Source: a virus. From it: a stretch of DNA of 64,000 bases. How positions within the stretch are numbered: position 1 is the first letter of the stretch; each line of letters opens with the position of its first letter. The position numbers and the translations under genes are program-made. The notes under the pieces are model-generated. The model saw only the letters and a program-made list of their open reading frames with translations. It was not told the DNA's origin and made no database searches. The DNA is taken from positions 6,969-70,968 of the IMG/VR virus record IMGVR_UViG_3300031227_000034; one strand, written 5' to 3'. Positions 9,115 to 17,113 of this stretch are shown in pieces.

Positions 9115-10245
9115 TTAACTTATGCGTACTGGCATGATAACACAATGAAAACCATCAGACTTGATTGAACAAGGTGATAACTCATCTGTAAATGAAAGTT
9201 CAACTTCTTTTGCAACTGTTTTGCTCAGGTATCTTTTGAAGTAATTCGTGGAATAGACAGCCTTAAGATCATTCTGCCATGTGATATCTGATTCAACAAT
9301 TTGACTCATAACATTCTTGCCAAATTCGCGCAAATTAAAACTCACTTCATTGCCGATTGACTTTAAAACAAAACATCCGTTATAACTATCAAGAGTTTTG
9401 CCAACCTTTTCAATTTTAACTAATGTTTTCACAAGGCTTTTCGGATTTGCACAAAATGTTTTGTCCGACTCTCTTGGAATTACCATATTATAATCAGGAT
9501 AATCACCATCAATCAATCTTGACCATGCTGTAATATTGCCACATTCAAATTTTACGCTTGTATAGTCGAGAGATGTTTCATAATTGCCTTTTGATACCGA
9601 CAAGACTGTGCAAGAGTCATCTTTTTTCGTGCAAGCTATAAACAATTTGATAGCTTGCCTTGTAACAATGATCTGTTCCATTTCACCTTTACAGTCAACT
9701 GTGGAATGTAACAAGGTGTATCCATCAGTAGACACCATAACAAGTTTACCATCAACTTTTTCAAATAACATTCCATTCAAAAACACTCTTGGGTCATCAT
9801 TGGCAATAGATTCATAGTGTGGAAGTAAATGTTTATACAATTCGCTTGAAAACATTATATCAATTTCTTTTGACTCACCAAATTCAACACTTGGATATTC
9901 ACTTAAATCACCATCAATTACAAGTTTAATCGGTGATTCGTTTTCGCCAGTAATAAGCAATGTATCATCAAATTTTTCAATCCGAATGCTACCCTTGTTT
10001 GCAGTTTCTACCAAGGCATAAAGTCTTGTGAAGTCAATAAGGCATTCACCTTGTTCAAAGCCTTTACCAGAAAAGTTTGCAGTTACAATATTGTCAAGGT
10101 CAGTAACAGTAATTGAAAAGTTAAATTCGCTGTCAACTTTCAATTTAGCTTGTTTAAGGATTGGCAATGATGTTTTTGTGTTAACCACCAATTTGAGTTT
10201 TTTTAATTCTGCCAATAATTCGTTTTTCAAGATGCTTGTTTTCAT
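9115..10245 (-). CDS. dnaN: DNA polymerase III beta (sliding clamp), divergent copy
   Basis: LPIL, ITVTDLD, DDPRVFLNG, VSTDG, RLIDGDYPDY, TDELSPC, VIMPVRI; start at MKTSIL after AAAGGATAA. Confidence 0.85.
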   Translation of the reverse strand: MKTSILKNELLAELKKLKLVVNTKTSLPILKQAKLKVDSEFNFSITVTDLDNIVTANFSGKGFEQGECLIDFTRLYALVETANKGSIRIEKFDDTLLITGENESPIKLVIDGDLSEYPSVEFGESKEIDIMFSSELYKHLLPHYESIANDDPRVFLNGMLFEKVDGKLVMVSTDGYTLLHSTVDCKGEMEQIIVTRQAIKLFIACTKKDDSCTVLSVSKGNYETSLDYTSVKFECGNITAWSRLIDGDYPDYNMVIPRESDKTFCANPKSLVKTLVKIEKVGKTLDSYNGCFVLKSIGNEVSFNLREFGKNVMSQIVESDITWQNDLKAVYSTNYFKRYLSKTVAKEVELSFTDELSPCSIKSDGFHCVIMPVRIS

Positions 10246-10295
10246 AATAGTTATCCTTTTTAAAAGTTTTGTAACACTCCATATGCTACAAGACA

Positions 10296-10323
10296 ATTAT
10301 ACACAATTTAATTCGTATGTCAA
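10296..10323 (-). promoter_or_regulatory. sigma70-like promoter for divergent clamp
   Basis: TTGACA-tacgaattaaattgtg-TATAAT (16-nt spacer containing the ACGAATT motif). Confidence 0.75.
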
Positions 10324-10333
10324 GAGTTTTCTT

Positions 10334-10534
10334 TTATTTATATCCATTTTCTTTCAAAACGTCCATAGCCTTAATTCGTGTTACATTGCATTTTCTAAAT
10401 TTAATATCCAGAAAATCGCCACCGATTATCATTTTGCTTGGTCGGTCGGTAGCAGCAAATATTGATTCACCATCTCTTTTTACAATAACATACCCGTTTT
10501 CTTTAGATAAACACCATTTCATAACTTGCATCAA
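10334..10534 (-). CDS. hypothetical protein
   Basis: short coupled ORF. Confidence 0.45.
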   Translation of the reverse strand: MMQVMKWCLSKENGYVIVKRDGESIFAATDRPSKMIIGGDFLDIKFRKCNVTRIKAMDVLKENGYK

Positions 10535-10722
10535 TTCGTTAAAATTTTATTGAAAATGCAAATCCAACAATCAAACAAATCATCGCAAATATCGCCGTGT
10601 AATTCGTGTCCTGAATAGCGTTCAATATCATTATTAAATGCTTTTAAAGTCAATTCAGCATTAACTTCGTGGGCTACATATAAACTTAACCTAATCGCTT
10701 CGTACATTTTTTCGGTATACAT
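10531..10722 (-). CDS. hypothetical protein
   Basis: AAAGGAG before MYTEK. Confidence 0.55.
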   Translation of the reverse strand: MYTEKMYEAIRLSLYVAHEVNAELTLKAFNNDIERYSGHELHGDICDDLFDCWICIFNKILTN

Positions 10723-10807
10723 GTTTACTCCTTTCAAAATTAAATTACCAAGCGACAAGGCTATCAAATAAATAACCTTGCCTATCGTAAGCTAATCTTT
10801 TTCTGGC

Positions 10808-10996
10808 TTATTCTCCTGTAAGTGCATAGCGTGCTGATTTTGCGGCATCTTGTTCTATTCTTTCTTTAATCATTCGCTTGGCAGTTTTCAATCCGGTCAA
10901 AATTCCGTAATGATGTGCCGCAAGGATATTAGACTCGTGGTCTTGTTTTTCCTAAAATTCAATTTTTTTCTTTACTTCTGCCAGTAGATTTTTCAT
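10808..10996 (-). pseudogene. 62-codon ORF interrupted by an in-frame TAG at codon 15
   Basis: MKNLLAEVKKKIEF*EKQDHESNILAAHHYGILTGLKTAKRMIKERIEQDAAKSARYALTGE; AGGGG RBS. Confidence 0.5.
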
Positions 10997-11013
10997 AATT
11001 ATACCCCTAAAAA

Positions 11014-11535
11014 TTATTCTTGAAACTTGCACAGGTAATCATTTAAAATTTCTGTTACCTTTTCAATCCCACCATATATTTCATAATAGATTGATTCGTC
11101 ACCAACAAGTATTGATAATCCGCTGATGTTTTCATCTTCTTCAACACCTTCCGGACACGGGTCAACATTAAAACCAAAGTCATCCGCCCAGCTTAGGCAA
11201 TATAATCCATTAAAAAACGTCCAATTTTTAATGGATATTTTTTCGTCATACTTTCTGGCCTGCTTAAGAAACCCAACTCCGTTTTGCAATGCACCTTGAA
11301 GCGTATCAGACGGGTAAAAAGTTGCTCCACTAACAAGCACCAAATCTAAATTTTTTTCATCGCCAAAACACAAATCAAGCTCAAATCTATGCTTACCATA
11401 ATTATCTGCACTAAACTCTCGTATATTAACAAGATTGTGTCCATTTACTACAAGTGTTAATGGAAGTCCCCGAACGTCTGAAATATATTTAATTTCTTTA
11501 GTTTCTTTTTTGACTTCTAACAATAGATTTTTCAT
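11014..11535 (-). CDS. hypothetical protein
   Basis: AAAAGGAG RBS. Confidence 0.65.
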   Translation of the reverse strand: MKNLLLEVKKETKEIKYISDVRGLPLTLVVNGHNLVNIREFSADNYGKHRFELDLCFGDEKNLDLVLVSGATFYPSDTLQGALQNGVGFLKQARKYDEKISIKNWTFFNGLYCLSWADDFGFNVDPCPEGVEEDENISGLSILVGDESIYYEIYGGIEKVTEILNDYLCKFQE

Positions 11536-11620
11536 GATTATACTCCTTTTAAGTTATCTTAATTCTGAATTTCTTGACGCACCAAAAACTTTTTCTGAAT
11601 CATATCTAAACAATATTTTT

Positions 11621-11977
11621 TTATCCATTTGTCGCCTCTGACAATAAGTTTGCTTTAATTTTGTTAAGTAAATCAAGGGCTTTGTTAATTGAATTTACTA
11701 TAACTTCCTTATCAAGTTCATCATATACGCTATCCAGAACTGATCTATAGACAGAACGGATGTGATAGCAATCACATCCACTAGTGGCTGTGACAACACA
11801 GCGAAAACAATCAACTCCACCATTCCCTTCACGGTAGACACCGCATATCTCACAGCTATCCCTAAATGCTGATATTAATTTCTTCCTATTCCCTCCCAAA
11901 GCTAATGTTTTCATCAGTTCGTACTTGACAATACTTTTGTCTACTGCAATAAGCAGTTCGTTATCTTTAATGTCCAT
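11621..11977 (-). CDS. Cys-rich hypothetical protein
   Basis: CEIC...CFRC...CDC; AGGAG RBS. Confidence 0.6.
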   Translation of the reverse strand: MDIKDNELLIAVDKSIVKYELMKTLALGGNRKKLISAFRDSCEICGVYREGNGGVDCFRCVVTATSGCDCYHIRSVYRSVLDSVYDELDKEVIVNSINKALDLLNKIKANLLSEATNG

Positions 11978-11990
11978 TATACACTCCTAT

Positions 11991-12110
11991 CTAATCGGTT
12001 AATTCGTATTCAGCAAGGTCAAAATCACCTGAGATATCAAACATATCACTAACACCGTCTAATATATCGCCACCATCTAAACTTCCAATAAATTCGTTAT
12101 ACTCATTCAT
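11991..12110 (-). CDS. 39-aa highly acidic peptide
   Basis: AAGGAG RBS, ATGA coupling; MNEYNEFIGSLDGGDILDGVSDMFDISGDFDLAEYELTD. Confidence 0.6.
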   Translation of the reverse strand: MNEYNEFIGSLDGGDILDGVSDMFDISGDFDLAEYELTD

Positions 12111-12514
12111 TTTGATTCTCCTTTGTAGTCAATATTATAAAAGCATTCACTTAAATAATCAAGCAAATCATCAATAATGCAATCGTCTGCACTAGAGCCA
12201 TTATTCATAACTAAAATATCAATATTCAATCCAGACAAACTGGCAGAAATTACAATTTTCAAACCGATAAATCCATCATAGTATCCATCGGCATGCATAT
12301 AGTGGAAGTCAGTTAAAATAATCAATTCGTTTTCACTGCAATCATCTTGTGAAAAACAAACTTCACAATCTAAACCACTACCGCTAGGCAATAGCTTTTC
12401 TAGTTCGTTTATTTTCAATTCGTGTTTATATTCCCAGTCTGAATTGCCTGAATTTTGACAATTTCTAATAGCTACAATCAAGCTTGAAATTCTTGAATAG
12501 TATTGTAATGACAT
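12107..12514 (-). CDS. phage hypothetical protein
   Basis: LPSGSGLD...FHYM..DGYYDG pattern; likely start MSLQYY. Confidence 0.65.
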   Translation of the reverse strand: MSLQYYSRISSLIVAIRNCQNSGNSDWEYKHELKINELEKLLPSGSGLDCEVCFSQDDCSENELIILTDFHYMHADGYYDGFIGLKIVISASLSGLNIDILVMNNGSSADDCIIDDLLDYLSECFYNIDYKGESK

Positions 12515-12593
12515 AATATCTTCCTTTTCAAAATTCGTGTTATTAAAAAACTCACTAACAAGCACTAGAAAACTAATGCCTGCTATCAGCATT

Positions 12594-13097
12594 TTAATCT
12601 ATTGATTCTGGCAAGAGTCTGTTTAATTCGCTTTTAAGAAGTTTGTCTTCGCCTCTCATTTTCAAAATACTGGCTATTACTTCGGTTTTATCGTAACTGT
12701 AATTATCATACAACAAGTCAAAAGTCATATAATCAGTTCCATTAATCGTAACTAATAAAAAGACAGGGCTATCGTAAAACAAGTTATGACATTCTTTTCT
12801 TAAATCAGCAAGGGAAATTGCATTCCCAAAAACTTCAAGACATTCTTTAGAGTTAACATATATCGTAGCATAATCGCCTTGACAATAACCTATTATTTCA
12901 ACCTTTTCGTAATTACAACTATCATCATAATCACTTGACAAATTGCCATAGTCAACATAAAGCCAAGAATTACTCCCCTTTTCTGGTAGGGAAATAAAAC
13001 TTTCAATAAAATTACTTCTACCCAATTCGTGATCGTGGTCAACTTCTACTTCGATATCAATTCCGCACTCGCTCTTGGTAAAATTAGATGTTTTCAT
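12594..13097 (-). CDS. acidic hypothetical protein
   Basis: IIGYCQGDYATIY; AAAGGATAA RBS. Confidence 0.65.
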   Translation of the reverse strand: MKTSNFTKSECGIDIEVEVDHDHELGRSNFIESFISLPEKGSNSWLYVDYGNLSSDYDDSCNYEKVEIIGYCQGDYATIYVNSKECLEVFGNAISLADLRKECHNLFYDSPVFLLVTINGTDYMTFDLLYDNYSYDKTEVIASILKMRGEDKLLKSELNRLLPESID

Positions 13098-13102
13098 AAT
13101 CT

Positions 13103-13173
13103 TTATCCTTTTTTAAATTGTCAATCTACAGTGAATTATATACTAATGATTCGTGCTGTCAAGTAAATAATTA
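13103..13173 (-). promoter_or_regulatory. repeated promoter+RBS cassette (leftward copy 1)
   Basis: TTGACA-N16-TATAAT...AAAAGGATAA; near-identical to 13714-13783. Confidence 0.8.
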
Positions 13174-13371
13174 AATTAATTCGTATCCAACCAAAAAATC
13201 ATTAATTTCTGCAATTACATTTTCAACTGGTTCACCTGAATAGCATGATATACTATGCACAAGTTTTTCATTCCAGTAAATCCCATATTCAGACATTGTA
13301 TTATACCAATAGCACTTACAATTATCCGGCAATGCCTCGTTTATTTTAGCTTCGTTTTCAAATATTGACAT
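13171..13371 (-). CDS. hypothetical protein, paralogue of 8808-9035
   Basis: CYSGEPVENVI; AAGGAG RBS before MSIFEN. Confidence 0.65.
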   Translation of the reverse strand: MSIFENEAKINEALPDNCKCYWYNTMSEYGIYWNEKLVHSISCYSGEPVENVIAEINDFLVGYELI

Positions 13372-13388
13372 GATACACTCCTTAGTTG

Positions 13389-13652
13389 TTATCTGTCTCT
13401 GCAAATAAATCCGCCTTCGCTATCATTATAGTTAGTTTCAATATTATATAAATCACAGTATCCTGCTTGATTCAAGTCGCAGCCCACACACTCATTGACA
13501 TACTGTGAATAATAACTCAATTCGTGACGCATTATCATTGGTTTTTGCCAGCATAGCAAATTATTAAATCTGCCAAAACAATAATCTGTTTTGCCTATAG
13601 TTTCAAACAACTTCCCAGAATTATCAACATAAACACTCTTGTTAATTTTCAT
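13389..13652 (-). CDS. hypothetical protein
   Basis: ORF coupled (ATGA) to a 19-codon upstream micro-ORF 13649-13708. Confidence 0.55.
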   Translation of the reverse strand: MKINKSVYVDNSGKLFETIGKTDYCFGRFNNLLCWQKPMIMRHELSYYSQYVNECVGCDLNQAGYCDLYNIETNYNDSEGGFICRDR

Positions 13653-13713
13653 AATTCGTACCCCATATCATCCGATTCTAAAAAAATTTCCAAGTTAATC
13701 AGTTTCATAATAA

Positions 13714-13783
13714 TTATCCTTTTTTAAATTGTCAATCTACAGTAATTATATACTAATGATTTGTGTTGTCAAGTAAATAATTA
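13714..13783 (-). promoter_or_regulatory. repeated promoter+RBS cassette (leftward copy 2)
   Basis: TTGACA-N16-TATAAT...AAAAGGATAA. Confidence 0.8.
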
Positions 13784-14171
13784 TTTTACTAGTGTTTTGT
13801 GCGTTAGCCACTGCCCTATTCCAAATGTCGTGTATGGCTTTAAATGCATCGTGCCAATTATTTCCATCAGACAAATGTTCCCACCATTTAGGCAAAACAG
13901 ACTTGTCAAAAAAAGATGATTCAAAATCATAGTCCACGCTATTTTTTAAATTTGCAAAGCTAATAGGGTACTTAGGGGTATTGTTATCCAAAGCCCAAGC
14001 AAAACAAAATTTTTCATAAGCCTTTATCAATGCCGGGTAGATGTCATTTACAGACCAAAGATAATCTTGTTTTTTATCAAGATAATCAGGCATTGAACAA
14101 TTAAATTTCCTTCTTGCCTTAAGTAATTTGCCAAATTTCTTTATTGTTTTTATTTCCTGTTTTGTCAACAT
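13746..14171 (-). CDS. hypothetical protein
   Basis: GAGGA RBS before MLTKQE; C-terminus runs into the promoter cassette. Confidence 0.55.
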   Translation of the reverse strand: MLTKQEIKTIKKFGKLLKARRKFNCSMPDYLDKKQDYLWSVNDIYPALIKAYEKFCFAWALDNNTPKYPISFANLKNSVDYDFESSFFDKSVLPKWWEHLSDGNNWHDAFKAIHDIWNRAVANAQNTSKIIIYLTTQIISI

Positions 14172-14648
14172 AATTCGTATCCTCATAGTTAATTTAATTC
14201 GTTAATAACAACCCAAAGTTACCAAATGTTACAGTATAATAAACAATATCATATACTTAACTCAAATAAAAAGTGTAACTTTTGTGAAGTAAAATAAGTC
14301 AATTCGTTATAGCATACCACATATGGTGTACAATTCGTAACACACTACACTACATATGGTATAGCCAAACTATACTAAAAAATACAGATTTAACCAGTGA
14401 TATCAAATAAATCTAATATATTACACTGCCGTTCGTCTCATATATCCACCAATCCGTGACAAATTTTCACGGTTTACCAAGGATTAAGCGGATAATTCGT
14501 GTTTATGTTGCATAATCAACGGAAATTCGTGTTATATTCCGTTTAATCCTTGGTATTATACCGTAATTTATACATAATTATATACAAACTATAGGCGTTT
14601 TCACGGGATAACACTTTTTTCTGTTTTAAAAGAGCAGTTTAATTCGTG

Positions 14649-14867
14649 TTAGCAAATATCTCTCATTTTTGCAGAAAAGTCACACAAGTATTCCCCAACA
14701 ATTTCACCGTCCCAAAAGTCATCCATTGTTAACACCCCTTCGTGTGATAGATTAAAGTTTTTATCGTATGAAAACGCTTCCTTTTTCGCCTCGTTAAACA
14801 ATTTATCGCTTTGTTGTTTGCTCAATCCAAAAGAACAAGCAATATCCTTAACTGAAATTTTATACAT
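14649..14867 (-). CDS. hypothetical protein
   Basis: GAGGA RBS. Confidence 0.55.
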   Translation of the reverse strand: MYKISVKDIACSFGLSKQQSDKLFNEAKKEAFSYDKNFNLSHEGVLTMDDFWDGEIVGEYLCDFSAKMRDIC

Positions 14868-14882
14868 TTTGTTTTAATCCTC

Positions 14883-14960
14883 AGTTCGTGTTAGGTTTAA
14901 TTCGTCTCAATTCGTGTTATAATTCGTTATACATTTCAATTCGTGTCCAATTCGTGTTAC
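14883..14960 (+). repeat. cluster of AATTCGT motifs
   Basis: exact copies at 14899, 14909, 14921, 14938, 14949 plus AGTTCGT at 14883. Confidence 0.9.
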
Positions 14961-15044
14961 ATTTTTCAAATGTCACTGGCACACTGCTATTCAAATGTCA
15001 CTGCTCTGCTGTCCTTTGCCCAAATGTCACTCTCGCACTGTCAT

Positions 15045-15138
15045 TGACATTTTTGTCATAGTACGCAAATTTTGCACGACATTTCTGTCATATGACAAAT
15101 CTGTCCGACATTATTTTGACGCTACGACATTTCTGTCA
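15045..15138. promoter_or_regulatory. four YGACA-N4-TGTC(A/C) palindromic operator-like sites
   Basis: starts at 15045, 15077, 15093, 15125; further copies at 16064 and 16342. Confidence 0.7.
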
Positions 15139-15174
15139 TTGGCACGAATTTTGCTATTGCATTTTTTATGCCAA
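15139..15174. promoter_or_regulatory. two convergent sigma54 (-24/-12) motifs
   Basis: plus TTGGCACGAATTTTGCT; minus TTGGCATAAAAAATGCA; both GG-N10-GC. Confidence 0.65.
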
Positions 15175-15177
15175 CAA

Positions 15178-15387
15178 TTATTTTTGGTTTTGACCAAACT
15201 CAATTCCGAAGTCAAACATACTTTTGGCAAGTTCAAAGCCGAGCTTGCCCGAATCGCATCTTAGCAGATAATCACCTCCTTTTGGATATCTGCCGAGGAA
15301 GTTACAATTAAAATTATTGTCAAGACTTCTTGCCAAGTCAACAACATACTCAAAGCCACACTCAAAACCAATAAAATAGTCTTGCAT
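15178..15387 (-). CDS. hypothetical protein
   Basis: GGAG RBS. Confidence 0.55.
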   Translation of the reverse strand: MQDYFIGFECGFEYVVDLARSLDNNFNCNFLGRYPKGGDYLLRCDSGKLGFELAKSMFDFGIEFGQNQK

Positions 15388-15430
15388 TTTTTTTACTCCA
15401 AAGTTTAAAAAATAGAATCATAACTTTTGA

Positions 15431-15739
15431 TTATACATAATAATCTATGAATACTCCATCATAACTATTCATAGATTGAATAGCCCAAGATAAAAAATTA
15501 TTGTCAAGAGTTTCTAAGACCTCGCTTTTTGACTGACCGATATAATCAAAAAAACCTTGCTCCTCATCCTGCAAAGCTTCTTTGATATCATCGAACGATA
15601 AAAATGAAACCACCGCAATATATTTCCCTGCGTGATTGTATTGCATCATAACCGTTTTGCCTGTTATCGGATTTCTAATACAGCCTTGCTCATGCAAAGA
15701 GACAATAGCGTCAATATCTGTTTTGTCAGTGAACAACAT
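15431..15739 (-). CDS. acidic hypothetical protein
   Basis: AAAAGGAG RBS. Confidence 0.6.
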   Translation of the reverse strand: MLFTDKTDIDAIVSLHEQGCIRNPITGKTVMMQYNHAGKYIAVVSFLSFDDIKEALQDEEQGFFDYIGQSKSEVLETLDNNFLSWAIQSMNSYDGVFIDYYV

Positions 15740-15756
15740 TGTTTTTACTCCTTTTG

Positions 15757-15957
15757 TTATATTGTCATATTGTCAAGATTGAATTGTATCTGATGGCCAG
15801 CTATTTTTTTATAATCACAATCGCATATCAAGGCATAATCACGCCTTGACAAGCCTTTTGTTCTTATATCCGAATTGATACCTTTATTGAATAAGTACCA
15901 TTTAAAATTCATAAAATAAACTAAACTTGTATTTTTTTTAAACTGATATTCTAACAT
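15757..15957 (-). CDS. hypothetical protein
   Basis: AAAGGATAA RBS, upstream promoter. Confidence 0.55.
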   Translation of the reverse strand: MLEYQFKKNTSLVYFMNFKWYLFNKGINSDIRTKGLSRRDYALICDCDYKKIAGHQIQFNLDNMTI

Positions 15958-16000
15958 TTTTTTTATCCTTTTTAAGTTGTTAAACGATCATCTAAGTATG

Positions 16001-16028
16001 ATTATATAGTAATGATATCGCTTGTCAA
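16001..16028 (-). promoter_or_regulatory. sigma70-like promoter
   Basis: TTGACA-agcgatatcattacta-TATAAT with A-tract UP element. Confidence 0.75.
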
Positions 16029-16734
16029 GCTTTTTTTTTGCTTTTATTTAATTTATTTTGCTATGACATTAATGTCATATATAAGTGCGAGTGTAAAGTA
16101 AACGGTACACAAAACCGAAACGATATCGACCACCAATAGCAAGGTGATTTGATGTTTTGATTAAATAAAACGATATCAACCACCAATAGTAACGATATCC
16201 GGCCGCCTAAAATAAAAACCGGATTGTAAACCAAACTTGACACAAAACAGCCTAAATTGCCATAATGTCAAAATACCAAGTCGATGGGCAGAATTGACGC
16301 GGTGTGTATACCTATAAGGTACATTATGCATAGTCAAACCACGACATTTTTGTCAATTTTAAAATCCATGCCAAGATGCTTTACTAAAGAATTGAGATAG
16401 TAAAGTTTAGTTTACAACTTGTCGGTTATGGTAGATATAACCTGTTATTTGCTCTTAGCTTGCCTTGTATGACGTGTTATCAATTATGCTTATGATACTA
16501 TTCAAACTTGAATATAAAAGCATACAAGGCAATATAGAGGCACAAGTTTTTTTGCTTATTTTAAAAAAATAACTTGACAAACAGAAAAAAATAACACTCT
16601 GATTATTGACTAAAATAAAACAAAAAAAACCTTGCAATCAAAAATAAAAACATGTTACAATGAAAGAGTAGAAGACCAAGACCAAAAAAAATAGTTTTAT
16701 ACTGTTTCATAAATGCATATATCGGAAATTTGAA

Positions 16735-16858
16735 CTGGTAAAATAAATTAAAATAAAATGCATTTTTATTAAAAAAAAGCTTGACAAGTAAAATTATTTC
16801 TATATAATAGATAGCAGATAAGGAAATAATTTTACAACTTTAAAAAGGTAGGTATAAG
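16735..16858 (+). promoter_or_regulatory. repeated promoter+RBS cassette (rightward copy 1)
   Basis: CTGGTAAAATAAATTAAAATAAAATGCATTTTT...TTGACA(16781)-N16-TATAAT. Confidence 0.85.
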
Positions 16859-17113
16859 ATGTTTTTACATGATGGCGAGTTAGACCTGATAATCACGATA
16901 CGTCAAAAAGAATTAAAGTGTTTTGAGGAATACTCCTGTTTTAAGGAATTTTATGACAGGATTTGGCCGTTTGCAAAAAAATATAATGGCACAAGTGCGA
17001 TCAGTGGCGATAAAATTGAAATTTATCAATACAGACAAGGCCAATTATCTGTAGACTTATATGATTTTATTTTAGGATTTTTGGAAGGGTACAGGGCTGG
17101 TAAAATAAATTAA
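16859..17113 (+). CDS. hypothetical protein
   Basis: follows cassette; stop codon supplied by next cassette copy. Confidence 0.6.
   Translation: MFLHDGELDLIITIRQKELKCFEEYSCFKEFYDRIWPFAKKYNGTSAISGDKIEIYQYRQGQLSVDLYDFILGFLEGYRAGKIN

Noticed and set aside
8381-12595. Integron attC sites
   Set aside because: Hairpins lack RYYYAAC/GTTRRRY ends, pair via G-U as RNA, and no integron integrase is present.
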